From Deltaproteobacteria bacterium (GTDB lineage Bacteria > Desulfobacterota > Desulfovibrionia > Desulfovibrionales > Desulfovibrionaceae): 40,279 bases of DNA. Of the stretch, positions 17,489 through 25,960 are shown one piece after another; position 1 is the first letter of the stretch; each line of letters opens with the position of its first letter. The notes beneath the pieces are model-generated. The model saw only the letters and a list, made by a program, of their open reading frames with translations. It was not told the origin of the DNA and ran no database searches. A program made the translations under genes and the position numbers. The stretch lies in assembly GCA_031280335.1 (NCBI GenBank), contig JAITGZ010000041.1, positions 1 through 40,279 of the forward strand, read 5' to 3'.

Positions 17489-20116
17489 TCATTTCGAAAA
17501 TACTCCGGGCTGGCGGCCGATCGGGTACACCTTGACCTTGGGGGAGTTATCCAGGCCGCCGGAAATGGGATCCAGGTTTTCCGCTTCTTCTGCGGGCAGG
17601 AGTATGTTGAACCAAGCTCCTCCAGCTGGCATGACCGGGTTTATATAGTGTTCGTTGTAACCGCCGTAATTGCCGGGTATGCCCAGCACCTTGGGGTGGA
17701 TAAGCCCGGTAAGGCGCAGCTTGCCCCTAGTCTTGCCGTGCATGGACTCCACCCAGACTTCCTGACCGTCGTCCAGGGATTTTTCCTTGGCGGTGGCCGG
17801 GTGTATATGGATAAACATCTCGTAAGGGTCATCCTCGCGCAGCTCGTTGATCCAGGGATTGGCCATGTTGCCGCCTGTACCGTGCAGGCGGAAGCCGGTC
17901 TTCCAGTTGATGACGTAAAGATCGTATTCCGGCGGCGCTTCCCGGACATGGCTGGGGAACCAGAAGGGCACACCCGTGTAGTAGGCGAAAAAGTCTTTTT
18001 CCTCATTCACATAAGCGGGGTGGCGTATGCCGGCCTTGCGGAGATTTTCCCGCAGCTTCTTTGCGGTGCGCGGCAGACGCTCGAAATAGAAGGGGTGCCG
18101 TGTGGCGCTGCCCGGCCAATAGAAATAGTTGTAGCCTTTTTTGCCGGTGGCCGTGTATTTGTATAACTGCCCGGCCGCCTGGGCGGAGCGGTAGCTGTGC
18201 CCGTCGCCGAAGAGTTCGGCAATGAGGCGATCCCAGATATCCTCCAGGGGGTACTCCCGCTCCGGGTCAAGCCGGTGTTTTTCCGACAGGCGGTTCATCC
18301 GGTTGATCAAGCTGTGCATTTCCGGCAGGAATCCTCCCGCTCGGGCCAGGTCGTACAGTATCTGGTCGCTGCTTTTGGTGTCAAAGCGGCGGGGCACGGG
18401 ATTGCGCGCCAGGATCATTTCCAGCCCGCGCAGATCATCGTCAATGCTCTGTAAAGGCGGTTTGTAGATACGGATGCCGTCTTTTTCCAGAAAATGCGAG
18501 ACCGGCAGGATGATATCCGCAAGGCAGGAGGTTTCGTCAAAGTTGATGTTGATGCTGACCACCAGCGGCACCTTGCTCATGGCCTGGATCCAAAGATCCT
18601 GGTCGCTGATGCTGCGCACCGGGTTGGCACCCGCGAAGATAAAGAGTTCGATATCGTAGTCCAGATGATAACGTTTGGGGTCAAGAATATTACGTACCAC
18701 GATGGGCGGGGTGGTGTGCTTGTGCGGGAAGAACTCCCCGCCGTCGATATGGTGGGGGGGGAAGTGGAAGTCGCGGGGCACGGCCTCAACAATGGGCGTG
18801 ACCGTGCCGTCTTCGTCAGGCCGCAGTATATCGGGGCAAGGTCCGGGGCGGCTGCCTCCCGTACAGGCACCGGGCAGTTCCATGGCCCCCATGAGCATGT
18901 TGATGATCTTTACGCAGAGATCAAAATGGGTGCCGTTGCGGTGCGAGCAGGCACCCCGGCCGGAACCGCCCATCTGCACGGGCCGGAAGGGGAATTCAAA
19001 ACCGTCAATGACAATGGTCTTGCCCAGGCAGGCGTGTTCCACAAACTCCCTGGTGACCGTGCGGATGTCTTCCGCCGTAATGCCGGTGATTTTTTCCGCC
19101 CATTCCGGCGTGTATAAACGCATGCCGTTTTTCAGCAAACGAAAGCCTGTGCTGACTGGTTCTCCTTCCACTTCCAGGTCGGCGTCCAGTATGGGGTCCC
19201 GCACCTGGTCAAAAGGACGTGGTCCGTCGCTGCCCAGCATGAGCGGCTTGCCGCTTTGCGCATCACGCAGATAGGTGCCGTCAGGCGAGATGAGGTATGG
19301 CGCGTTGGTGCGTTCTTTCAGAAAATGCTCATCGTACGTGCCCAGCTCAAAGAGTATGCCGTGGATCATGGCCAGGGCAAAGGCCAGCTCCGTGCCCGGC
19401 AGAATGGGCAGCCACCTGTGGGCCTTGGAGGCTTCGGGCGAATGGCGCGGGTCAATGACCACCAGCTTCATGCCGCGTTCCAGGGCCCTGGTCAGACGTG
19501 CGGTGGAGTGCGGGCAGACAGTGTTGCCGCCCACAGTGCGTCCCGGCGCGATGAGATAGGTGCAGTATTCCAGGTCGGCAATCTGCTCCGGGTGCTGCGC
19601 GTGGACCAGGTTGGAAGCGAAGTGGATGGGGCAGAGTATGCCGTGGGAAGGCACATTGTTGGGCGTGCCGAAGGCTGTTGCAAAGATGCTGCCGTGGGCC
19701 ATACCCCCGGTCTCCGGGTTTTTGAGCATGATTTCACGCGCGAAAAGTTCATCGCAAACGCCCCAGCCCTCCATAAAGGCCATCTTGCGGGGGTCTGAAG
19801 CGCGTATTGCCCGCATTTTGGAGCCGATGAGCGCATATGCCTCATCCCAGGAAATGGCCTCCCAACCCGGATCTTCCGTGAGTCCTTTTTTGGGGTTGGT
19901 GCGGCGCATGGGGGAGCGGACGCGCTTGGGATCGTAATAACCCGGAATGGAGGCCAGCCCGCCCCGCATACAGAGTTTGCCCCGGTTGGTGGGCGTATCC
20001 GGGTCGCCGATGGTTTCCGTGACCACGCCGTCTTCCATGCGTATGAGCATGCCGCAGTCGTTCTGCAGGCACATGGCGCACCAACCCTTCAGCCAAACGG
20101 TATTTCCTTCAGACAT
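17489..20116 (-). CDS. molybdopterin (Mo/W-bisPGD) oxidoreductase catalytic subunit, PsrA/PhsA/acetylene-hydratase-like, no Tat signal
   Basis: 875 aa. The N-terminal FS0 motif CAMCLQNDC-x27-C starts at residue ~13 with no RRxFLK leader. FGTPNNVPSHGILC resembles the Cys-ligand segment of PsrA-type enzymes. Confidence 0.85.
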   Translation of the reverse strand: MSEGNTVWLKGWCAMCLQNDCGMLIRMEDGVVTETIGDPDTPTNRGKLCMRGGLASIPGYYDPKRVRSPMRRTNPKKGLTEDPGWEAISWDEAYALIGSKMRAIRASDPRKMAFMEGWGVCDELFAREIMLKNPETGGMAHGSIFATAFGTPNNVPSHGILCPIHFASNLVHAQHPEQIADLEYCTYLIAPGRTVGGNTVCPHSTARLTRALERGMKLVVIDPRHSPEASKAHRWLPILPGTELAFALAMIHGILFELGTYDEHFLKERTNAPYLISPDGTYLRDAQSGKPLMLGSDGPRPFDQVRDPILDADLEVEGEPVSTGFRLLKNGMRLYTPEWAEKITGITAEDIRTVTREFVEHACLGKTIVIDGFEFPFRPVQMGGSGRGACSHRNGTHFDLCVKIINMLMGAMELPGACTGGSRPGPCPDILRPDEDGTVTPIVEAVPRDFHFPPHHIDGGEFFPHKHTTPPIVVRNILDPKRYHLDYDIELFIFAGANPVRSISDQDLWIQAMSKVPLVVSININFDETSCLADIILPVSHFLEKDGIRIYKPPLQSIDDDLRGLEMILARNPVPRRFDTKSSDQILYDLARAGGFLPEMHSLINRMNRLSEKHRLDPEREYPLEDIWDRLIAELFGDGHSYRSAQAAGQLYKYTATGKKGYNYFYWPGSATRHPFYFERLPRTAKKLRENLRKAGIRHPAYVNEEKDFFAYYTGVPFWFPSHVREAPPEYDLYVINWKTGFRLHGTGGNMANPWINELREDDPYEMFIHIHPATAKEKSLDDGQEVWVESMHGKTRGKLRLTGLIHPKVLGIPGNYGGYNEHYINPVMPAGGAWFNILLPAEEAENLDPISGGLDNSPKVKVYPIGRQPGVFSK

Positions 20117-20134
20117 GGCGGGTCCTTTGTTACC

Positions 20135-21439
20135 TCAAAATCCCATAAGCAGGGTCGGTAAAAAGAGTACTACGTGCGGCCAGGCAATCAAGACCGCCAG
20201 CAAAGCTATGGCGGCGAGCATAAAGGGGGCCACGCCCCGGTAGAGCAGCCCCAGGTTGTAGCCCGAAAGGCTTTTCAGCACAAAGACGTTGAGTCCAATG
20301 GGCGGGGAGATCTGGCCGATGTTGATGATGACCATGTTCACGATGCCCCACCAGACCAGGGAATAACCCATGCCGGTGATGATGGGCACTACCAGGGGCA
20401 GGGTGATGAGCATGGCGGCCAGACAGTCGAAGATCGCGCCCATGATAAAATAAACGAACATGAGCAGGGTAATGATCAGCCAGTTGGGCATGCCTGCGGC
20501 GGTAATGGCGTCAACCGTCACCTGCGCTATGCCGGAGAGGGCGATGAAGTAGCCGAAGATACCCGCGCCGATCATGATAATGTAAATCATGCCCATGGCC
20601 ACCACAGTGTCTTTGATGATCGCGCCGATGGTCTTGCGGTTGATCGCTTTACGGATGACGGCGAAGATAAGTGAAAGCACGCAGCCCACAGCCGCGCCTT
20701 CGTTCACGGTAAAGATGCCCGCGTAGATGCCGCCCAGTACGCCCAAAAGCAGCAAGATGGCGGCCCAGCTTTTTTTGAAGGCGTCAAGGACTTCCATGGC
20801 GCTCCGGCGTTGCCCCGCCGGTCCGGCTTGAGGATTGACAAGGCAGATCAGCCACACGGTAACGAAGAAGAGCAGAATGCACAGCATGGCGGGAATGAAA
20901 GCGGCCATGAAGAGTTCCACAATGAACTGGCCGGTCATGACCGCATAGAGTACCAGGGGAACTGAGGGAGGCACCAGGGTGCCCAGGCACCCGCCCGCAG
21001 CAATGACTCCTGTGGCTAAATATTTTGAATAATTACGGTTAATCATTTCAGGCAGGGCTACACTGGTAAAGGTGGCCGTGGTGGCCGCCGACGAGCCGCA
21101 GATGGCACCGAAAAAGCCGCAGCCGGCCACGGTGGCCATGGCCAGCCCGCCCCGGAAGTGCCCCACGCAGACATGAGCCAGCCGGTACAGATCGCCGGAC
21201 AGACCGGAAATGGTCGCCAGATTCCCCATGAGCAGGAACATGGGTGCCACGGCCGTATCCGGGCTGGAAAATTTGGCCATCACCTCTGTGGAGAGAAAAC
21301 TCATGGCGGCGGGGCGGCCGATGATGGCAGCGCAGCCGGCCAGGCCGGCCACGCACATGGCGATGCCGATGGGTACGCGCAGGATGATTAGGGCGAACAT
21401 GCCCGCTATGCCGAAGATGGCGAGGGTGGTGGGTTCCAT
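20135..21439 (-). CDS. dctM: TRAP transporter large permease (DctM family)
   Basis: The ATG at 21439 (MEPTTLAIFGIAG...) overlaps the DctQ stop (ATGA). The product is ~434 aa and highly hydrophobic, with typical DctM length. Confidence 0.85.
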   Translation of the reverse strand: MEPTTLAIFGIAGMFALIILRVPIGIAMCVAGLAGCAAIIGRPAAMSFLSTEVMAKFSSPDTAVAPMFLLMGNLATISGLSGDLYRLAHVCVGHFRGGLAMATVAGCGFFGAICGSSAATTATFTSVALPEMINRNYSKYLATGVIAAGGCLGTLVPPSVPLVLYAVMTGQFIVELFMAAFIPAMLCILLFFVTVWLICLVNPQAGPAGQRRSAMEVLDAFKKSWAAILLLLGVLGGIYAGIFTVNEGAAVGCVLSLIFAVIRKAINRKTIGAIIKDTVVAMGMIYIIMIGAGIFGYFIALSGIAQVTVDAITAAGMPNWLIITLLMFVYFIMGAIFDCLAAMLITLPLVVPIITGMGYSLVWWGIVNMVIINIGQISPPIGLNVFVLKSLSGYNLGLLYRGVAPFMLAAIALLAVLIAWPHVVLFLPTLLMGF

Positions 21440-21945
21440 CACGCCTCCTTGGGGGTGGAGAGGTTGCGGATGCCGTTTATTATGGGAGTCAGGGCAGCGA
21501 TGGAGGCAAAGAGGAAACATGCGGCCACCAGGGTCCACCACGGTTCCAGGGGAACGCCCAGCACCTGCGTAACCTCATTGTTCTCCCCCATGTACTCCGC
21601 CGCCTTCCATACCTCCCAGGCGATGCCCATAAAGATGCAGGCAGTGAGTATATTGGCCAGTACCGCCAGGATGCTTCCAACTTTTTTACCCACCACGAGT
21701 ACGATGAATTCCACGGCAATATTGCCTTCTTTCATCAGCAGTACCGGCATGGTCAGGCCCACGCACACCGCGATGAACAGCGAGAGCAAATCGCGTACGC
21801 CCGTGATGGGCGCGTTGAAGCAATAGCGCATGATGACATCCGCCGCGATGGAACAGGAAAGCACCACCAAACCGGTTATGCCGATGATGGCAAGCATCCA
21901 GGCAATTCTGGTGACTGTTCGGATAAAAAGTTCAAGCGCACGCAT
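21439..21945 (-). CDS. dctQ: TRAP transporter small permease (DctQ family)
   Basis: The ATG at 21945 (MRALELFIRTVTRIAWML...) gives ~168 aa with 4 TM segments. The track start at 22155 reads through the MITE. Confidence 0.8.
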   Translation of the reverse strand: MRALELFIRTVTRIAWMLAIIGITGLVVLSCSIAADVIMRYCFNAPITGVRDLLSLFIAVCVGLTMPVLLMKEGNIAVEFIVLVVGKKVGSILAVLANILTACIFMGIAWEVWKAAEYMGENNEVTQVLGVPLEPWWTLVAACFLFASIAALTPIINGIRNLSTPKEA

Positions 21946-21963
21946 TCGGAATCCTTTCCTGTA

Positions 21964-22195
21964 GAGGAAACACTGATTAATTCGGGGCTTCGCCCCGAAC
22001 CCCGCTGGGGGGAATAAGAAAGGGGCATGTTCGCCCAGGCGCAGCCTTATCCTTGCGCTATCCGTTAGGGTGCCTTGCCGCCTAAGGGATAGCGCAAGGG
22101 GGCAAAAGGGGCATGTTTGCCCAGGCGTTGCTTTACCTCTGCCATCCCTCTGCACAACGGCAAGGCACCCTCAAGAGAATAAATCAGCGTTTCCC
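21964..22195. mobile_element. MITE-like element, copy 2, carrying a nested ~86-bp insertion
   Basis: It has the same ends as copies 1 and 3 and TA on both sides (21962-21963, 22196-22197). The internal extra segment (about 22041-22126) has a perfect 12-bp stem, cttgcgctatcc...ggatagcgcaag, and duplicates aaaggggcatgtt.gcccaggcg. Confidence 0.75.
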
Positions 22196-23256
22196 TAAAT
22201 CTTATTGGTTTTGATGTATTCGCGGGCCTTGGTCACTTCCTCGATATACATTTCATAAACCGGCGGGAAGCGCTTGTCGGTTTTGAGCCATCCCTGCACT
22301 GCCGAATCCAGGGCTTTTTTCCATTCCGCAGCCAGGGTTTCGTCCAGATCGATGTTGGTGGAGCGGGGGTCGGCGCGCTCGCGTTTTTCCACGCCGGCGT
22401 TAAAATCATCCCATTCCTTGGAATAGGTGATGCCAAGTTCCAGGCCGCTGTGCTTGAGCAGAATGTCCTTGGCCGCTGCCGGCAGTTTGTCGAAGGAGCG
22501 TTTGCTGATGACAATGGGGAAGAGGTTGGTGCCGAAGGGAATATAGGTGTGGCACTTAGCCACATCCACCACGCGGAAGGTCTCCATGCCCTGCCATTCT
22601 CCCACCGTACCCTGCATGACGTTGCGGCTGATGTTTTCCGCGACTTTGGAGATGCTTTCGGCCACCGGGGTGCCGCCTGCCGCCAGGATTAGGTCCTGCT
22701 GCATCTTGCCGGCGGTGCGGATTTTCAGCCCGGCCATATCCTTGGGGCTGCGCACAGGTTTGATGGTGTGCAGAAAGTACTGGGCCTGGGCGTTCATGCT
22801 CAGGGGAATAATGTCGCGCCAGCCGCTGAACGCGTTTTTCAAGTACATGTTGTGTACGGCAATGGTGGCTTCCAGCATGTTGTAGGCCACAAAGGGCACA
22901 TTGGTCACTGTGGCTTCGGGGAACCGCCCCGGCGTGTAGGGTACGCTGGCCCCCAGGGTGATGTCGGCCACGCCGTCGATGATCATCTTGAGCTGCTGGG
23001 TGGGGTCGGGGCCAAGCTGTCCGTTGGGGTAGAAGTCGATTTTAAGCACCCCTTCCCCGGCCTGGTTGATTTTGTTGATCCAAGGGATGAGTACCTTGAC
23101 CGGGGAAAAAGCCTGCGCCGGTTCATAGGTGCCGAACTTCAGCACTGTGGGCGCGGCTTGGGCCCTGCGCAGCACTGCGGGAAAACCGATGGACGCCGCA
23201 GCCAAACCGCCGACGGCAATGCCTTTGAGAAATTTACGCCTGGTGTAAGTAGTCAT
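22195..23256 (-). CDS. dctP: TRAP transporter substrate-binding protein (DctP family) with twin-arginine-type signal peptide
   Basis: The ATG at 23256 has GGAGG 7 nt upstream. The product starts MTTYTRRKFLKGIAVGGLAAASIGFPAVLRRAQA. The DctP fold includes GLKIRTAG, the position of the conserved carboxylate-binding Arg in the family. Confidence 0.85.
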   Translation of the reverse strand: MTTYTRRKFLKGIAVGGLAAASIGFPAVLRRAQAAPTVLKFGTYEPAQAFSPVKVLIPWINKINQAGEGVLKIDFYPNGQLGPDPTQQLKMIIDGVADITLGASVPYTPGRFPEATVTNVPFVAYNMLEATIAVHNMYLKNAFSGWRDIIPLSMNAQAQYFLHTIKPVRSPKDMAGLKIRTAGKMQQDLILAAGGTPVAESISKVAENISRNVMQGTVGEWQGMETFRVVDVAKCHTYIPFGTNLFPIVISKRSFDKLPAAAKDILLKHSGLELGITYSKEWDDFNAGVEKRERADPRSTNIDLDETLAAEWKKALDSAVQGWLKTDKRFPPVYEMYIEEVTKAREYIKTNKI

Positions 23257-23355
23257 GGGAACCTCCGTAGCAAAGGAATGGTTTGATGCAGTTTTGCCAT
23301 AAATTCCATAAACAGCAACCCCCATCGCCTGCTTGTGGGCGCGGGCGAAAGACGG

Positions 23356-24612
23356 TCAAAAAACCTCGCATCCCGGCAGGCCGCAGGATATGAGATGGTC
23401 ACTGGGAAAATTTGTGATGATTTCACAGCCGTTTTTGGTAACCACCACCTCCTCTTCAATGCGGGCCGCGCCGGAGCCGTCAGCCGAACCGCACCATGTT
23501 TCCACGGCAAAGACCATGCCTTCCTTGAGTTCCGTGGGATAGTCGAAGTTGAAGCGGCGGGACAGGATGGGCCTCTCCCATAGGGAAAGGCCGATGCCGT
23601 GCCCGTACTGCAAAAGGTAGGCTTCATGTTCGTCTTTTAGGCCAAAGGCTTCAGGCGCCGGCCAGGCGGCGGCCACATCGGCCGTGCTGGCCCCGGGTTT
23701 GATGCGGTCAATGGAGTCCGAGAGCCAGCGTGAAGCTTTTTCGTACGCCTCCATCTGGTATTTGTTTGGTTTGCCGCAGATGAAAGTTCGGTAATAACAG
23801 GTGCGGTAGCCGTTAAAGGAGTGCATGATGTCCAGAAAAACCATGTCGCCCGGCTGAATGATGCGGTCCGCAAAAGTGTGGGAGTGGGGCATGCCCCGTG
23901 GTCCGGAATTGGCGTTTACCGCCTCTACCCATTCGGAACCCAGACGGTACAGGGAGTCGTTGGCAACGGCCACCAGCTCGTTTTCACGGCGTCCGGGCCG
24001 TATGGCCCGGACTATGTCCGTATAGGCGGCGTCCACCATGGCGGCGGCCTGCTTAAGCAAATCTATTTCATCCGGGGTTTTGATCTCCCTGGCGTCCAGC
24101 AGGGCCTGCATGCCGTCCCTGACCTTGATGCCTTCATCCTGGAGCGCCTGCAGCATGGACATTTCCATAAGATCCACGCCCAGCGGCTCGTTGTCGCAAC
24201 CCATGCCGGCGAGGGTTTCTTTTATTTGGCGCGCGAAGGTCTTCTGCACCTCCATGGAGGGAGGCAGCGCGCCGCACATGTTGGAGATGGGCGGAGAAAG
24301 GCGGTCTTCCAGCCAGGGGCAGGTGAGGCGTTTGGCCGGCACGGCCGGGTCAAAGAGCCAGGGTTTACCTTTGGCCGGGCACAGGGCGTAACGGTTCATC
24401 TTGTCGCGGCACCACTGGCCGATATGGGTGCCCGTCACATAGCGGATATTGTCGAAGTTGAAGACCAGCACAGCGCCCAGGCCGTGGGCGCGCAGGGCTT
24501 CCTGCGCCCTGGCGATGCGCTCGCGGATAAGGCGCCGGAAATCAACCCCGGCTTCCCAGTCTTTGTCCATAGTTCCGAAACGGGCTGTGGCATGGGGGTG
24601 GTTGTAGAGCAT
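23356..24612 (-). CDS. M24 pita-bread-fold hydrolase (creatinase / Xaa-Pro peptidase / DoeA / DddP superfamily)
   Basis: 418 aa with an N-terminal creatinase-like domain and a C-terminal M24 core (PGDMVFLD, YGHGIGL, FAVETW, ARIEEE). Its AAGGAG RBS overlaps the stop codon of the E2 gene (12-nt gap). Confidence 0.8.
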   Translation of the reverse strand: MLYNHPHATARFGTMDKDWEAGVDFRRLIRERIARAQEALRAHGLGAVLVFNFDNIRYVTGTHIGQWCRDKMNRYALCPAKGKPWLFDPAVPAKRLTCPWLEDRLSPPISNMCGALPPSMEVQKTFARQIKETLAGMGCDNEPLGVDLMEMSMLQALQDEGIKVRDGMQALLDAREIKTPDEIDLLKQAAAMVDAAYTDIVRAIRPGRRENELVAVANDSLYRLGSEWVEAVNANSGPRGMPHSHTFADRIIQPGDMVFLDIMHSFNGYRTCYYRTFICGKPNKYQMEAYEKASRWLSDSIDRIKPGASTADVAAAWPAPEAFGLKDEHEAYLLQYGHGIGLSLWERPILSRRFNFDYPTELKEGMVFAVETWCGSADGSGAARIEEEVVVTKNGCEIITNFPSDHLISCGLPGCEVF

Positions 24613-24624
24613 GGGGAATCTCCT

Positions 24625-25935
24625 TTACACCAGCATCCTGATGGGATTTTCCAACAGTTCTTTAAGATATTTGATAAAATTGGCGGCCAGTAGCCCGTCA
24701 ATAAGGCGGTGGTCCGCGCTGAGCCTGATACCCATGACGGGCCGGACGGCAATGGCGTCTTCCCCGTCCGCGCCGCTTATGACCACCGCCTTTTTGCGTA
24801 CGGCGCTGACGGCCAGGATGGCGGCTTCCGGCGGGTTGATGATGGCGGTAAAGTCTTCAAGGCCGAAAGGACCCAGGTTGGATATGGTGAAGGTGCCGCC
24901 GGAATACTCCTCAGGCAGAAGGCGGCCCGCCCTGGCCCGCTCCACCAGATCGCGGGTCTCCGCAGCAATGTTTTCAAGGCTTTTTTCCTGCGCGTCCTTC
25001 ACCACCGGCACAACCAGCCCGTTGTTTCCGGCCACGGCCAGGCCGATGTTGATGCCGGCGTAGGCAACAATCCGATCTCCTTCCAGGGAGACGTTGATTT
25101 CAGGATAGCGGCGCAAGGCTTTGCAGACGGCCAGGATCAGCAGATCGGAAAAGCCCGCCCTGACTCCACCCTCCAGGAGTTGTGCGCGAAAGGCGTTCAG
25201 GCGCGCAACATCCACACTGTCGGCAAAGTAGGCGTGCGGGGCGGAAAACTTGCTGTCCGCCAGACGCTCGCCGATGATCCGGCGTATGCCGCTGTAAGGC
25301 TGGACGGAATATATCTTTTTTGTCTCCGCATGGGGGGCTGGAGCCGCAGCCCGCACGTCGGCCTGCATTACCTTTCCCCCAATGCCCGTACCATGAACCG
25401 AAGCCAAATCAACCCCTGCCTGGGCGGCGGTTTTGCGCGCCAAGGGAGAGGCTTTGATGTCCCTGGCCGTGATGCCCCCTTGGAAGCCGGTGCCCTGCAC
25501 AGAGGCCAGGGAGGGCAAGTAAAGACCTTCTTCTTGCGCCATTTTTCTGGCTTTGGGGGTCAGGCGCAGAGCCGTAGATACGGGTACGCCCTGACCGGAC
25601 GGGGCCGCTCCGCCGGGATTTTTTGACGGCGCATCCGCTTGGGCAGTGGCGGACGCAGGCGCACCGGCCGCAGCCAAGGCGGCGTCTGGGTCTTCCCCCG
25701 CCTGCCCCAGCACGGCGACGGGGGTAAAGACCGGGGCGCGCTCCCATTCCTGCAGCATAATCTTCAAGAGTACCCCATCCACAGTGGACTCCACCGGCAT
25801 GGTGGTTTTGTCGGTATGGATATCAAAGAGGGTGTCGCCTTTGACCACCCGCTCCCCGACCTTTTTGTGCCATTTGACCAGCTGCCCTTCGTCCATATTG
25901 AAGCCCAGCTTGGGCATGATGACAATATGAGCCAT
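24625..25935 (-). CDS. acoC: dihydrolipoamide acyltransferase E2 component (AcoC-like)
   Basis: The ATG at 25935 (MAHIVIMPKLGFNMDEG) has GGAGG 6 nt upstream. Features: lipoyl motif HTDKTTM, two PSBD-like segments (PKARKMAQEEGL...GTGFQGGITARDI; SPLARKTAAQAGV...GTGIGGKVMQADV) and catalytic DHRLIDG. Confidence 0.85.
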   Translation of the reverse strand: MAHIVIMPKLGFNMDEGQLVKWHKKVGERVVKGDTLFDIHTDKTTMPVESTVDGVLLKIMLQEWERAPVFTPVAVLGQAGEDPDAALAAAGAPASATAQADAPSKNPGGAAPSGQGVPVSTALRLTPKARKMAQEEGLYLPSLASVQGTGFQGGITARDIKASPLARKTAAQAGVDLASVHGTGIGGKVMQADVRAAAPAPHAETKKIYSVQPYSGIRRIIGERLADSKFSAPHAYFADSVDVARLNAFRAQLLEGGVRAGFSDLLILAVCKALRRYPEINVSLEGDRIVAYAGINIGLAVAGNNGLVVPVVKDAQEKSLENIAAETRDLVERARAGRLLPEEYSGGTFTISNLGPFGLEDFTAIINPPEAAILAVSAVRKKAVVISGADGEDAIAVRPVMGIRLSADHRLIDGLLAANFIKYLKELLENPIRMLV

Positions 25936-25960
25936 ACGCGCCTCCATCCTCCGCCGGGGG

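Noticed and set aside
17489-20116. Calling the 875-aa Mo subunit a pyrogallol-phloroglucinol transhydroxylase because the length is identical
   Set aside because: Length coincidence only. This protein has an N-terminal 4-Cys FS0 motif and a Cys in the ligand segment, features I associate with PsrA/acetylene-hydratase-type enzymes and not with the transhydroxylase large subunit. No specific substrate call is justified.
23314-23329. Possible internal sigma-54 promoter upstream of dctP (minus strand GGCGATGGGGGTTGCT)
   Set aside because: The GG to GC separation is 11 nt, one too many, and the -24 region is poor. It is not supportable without experimental start-site data.
14240-25626. Many long antisense or out-of-frame ORFs inside the cluster (for example 14240-14995, 17432-18166, 18494-19117, 23821-24693, 24709-25626)
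   Set aside because: Each lies opposite or out of frame to a gene with clear family motifs. Their compositions (Arg/Gly/Ala/His-rich) are those expected from high-GC shadow frames.
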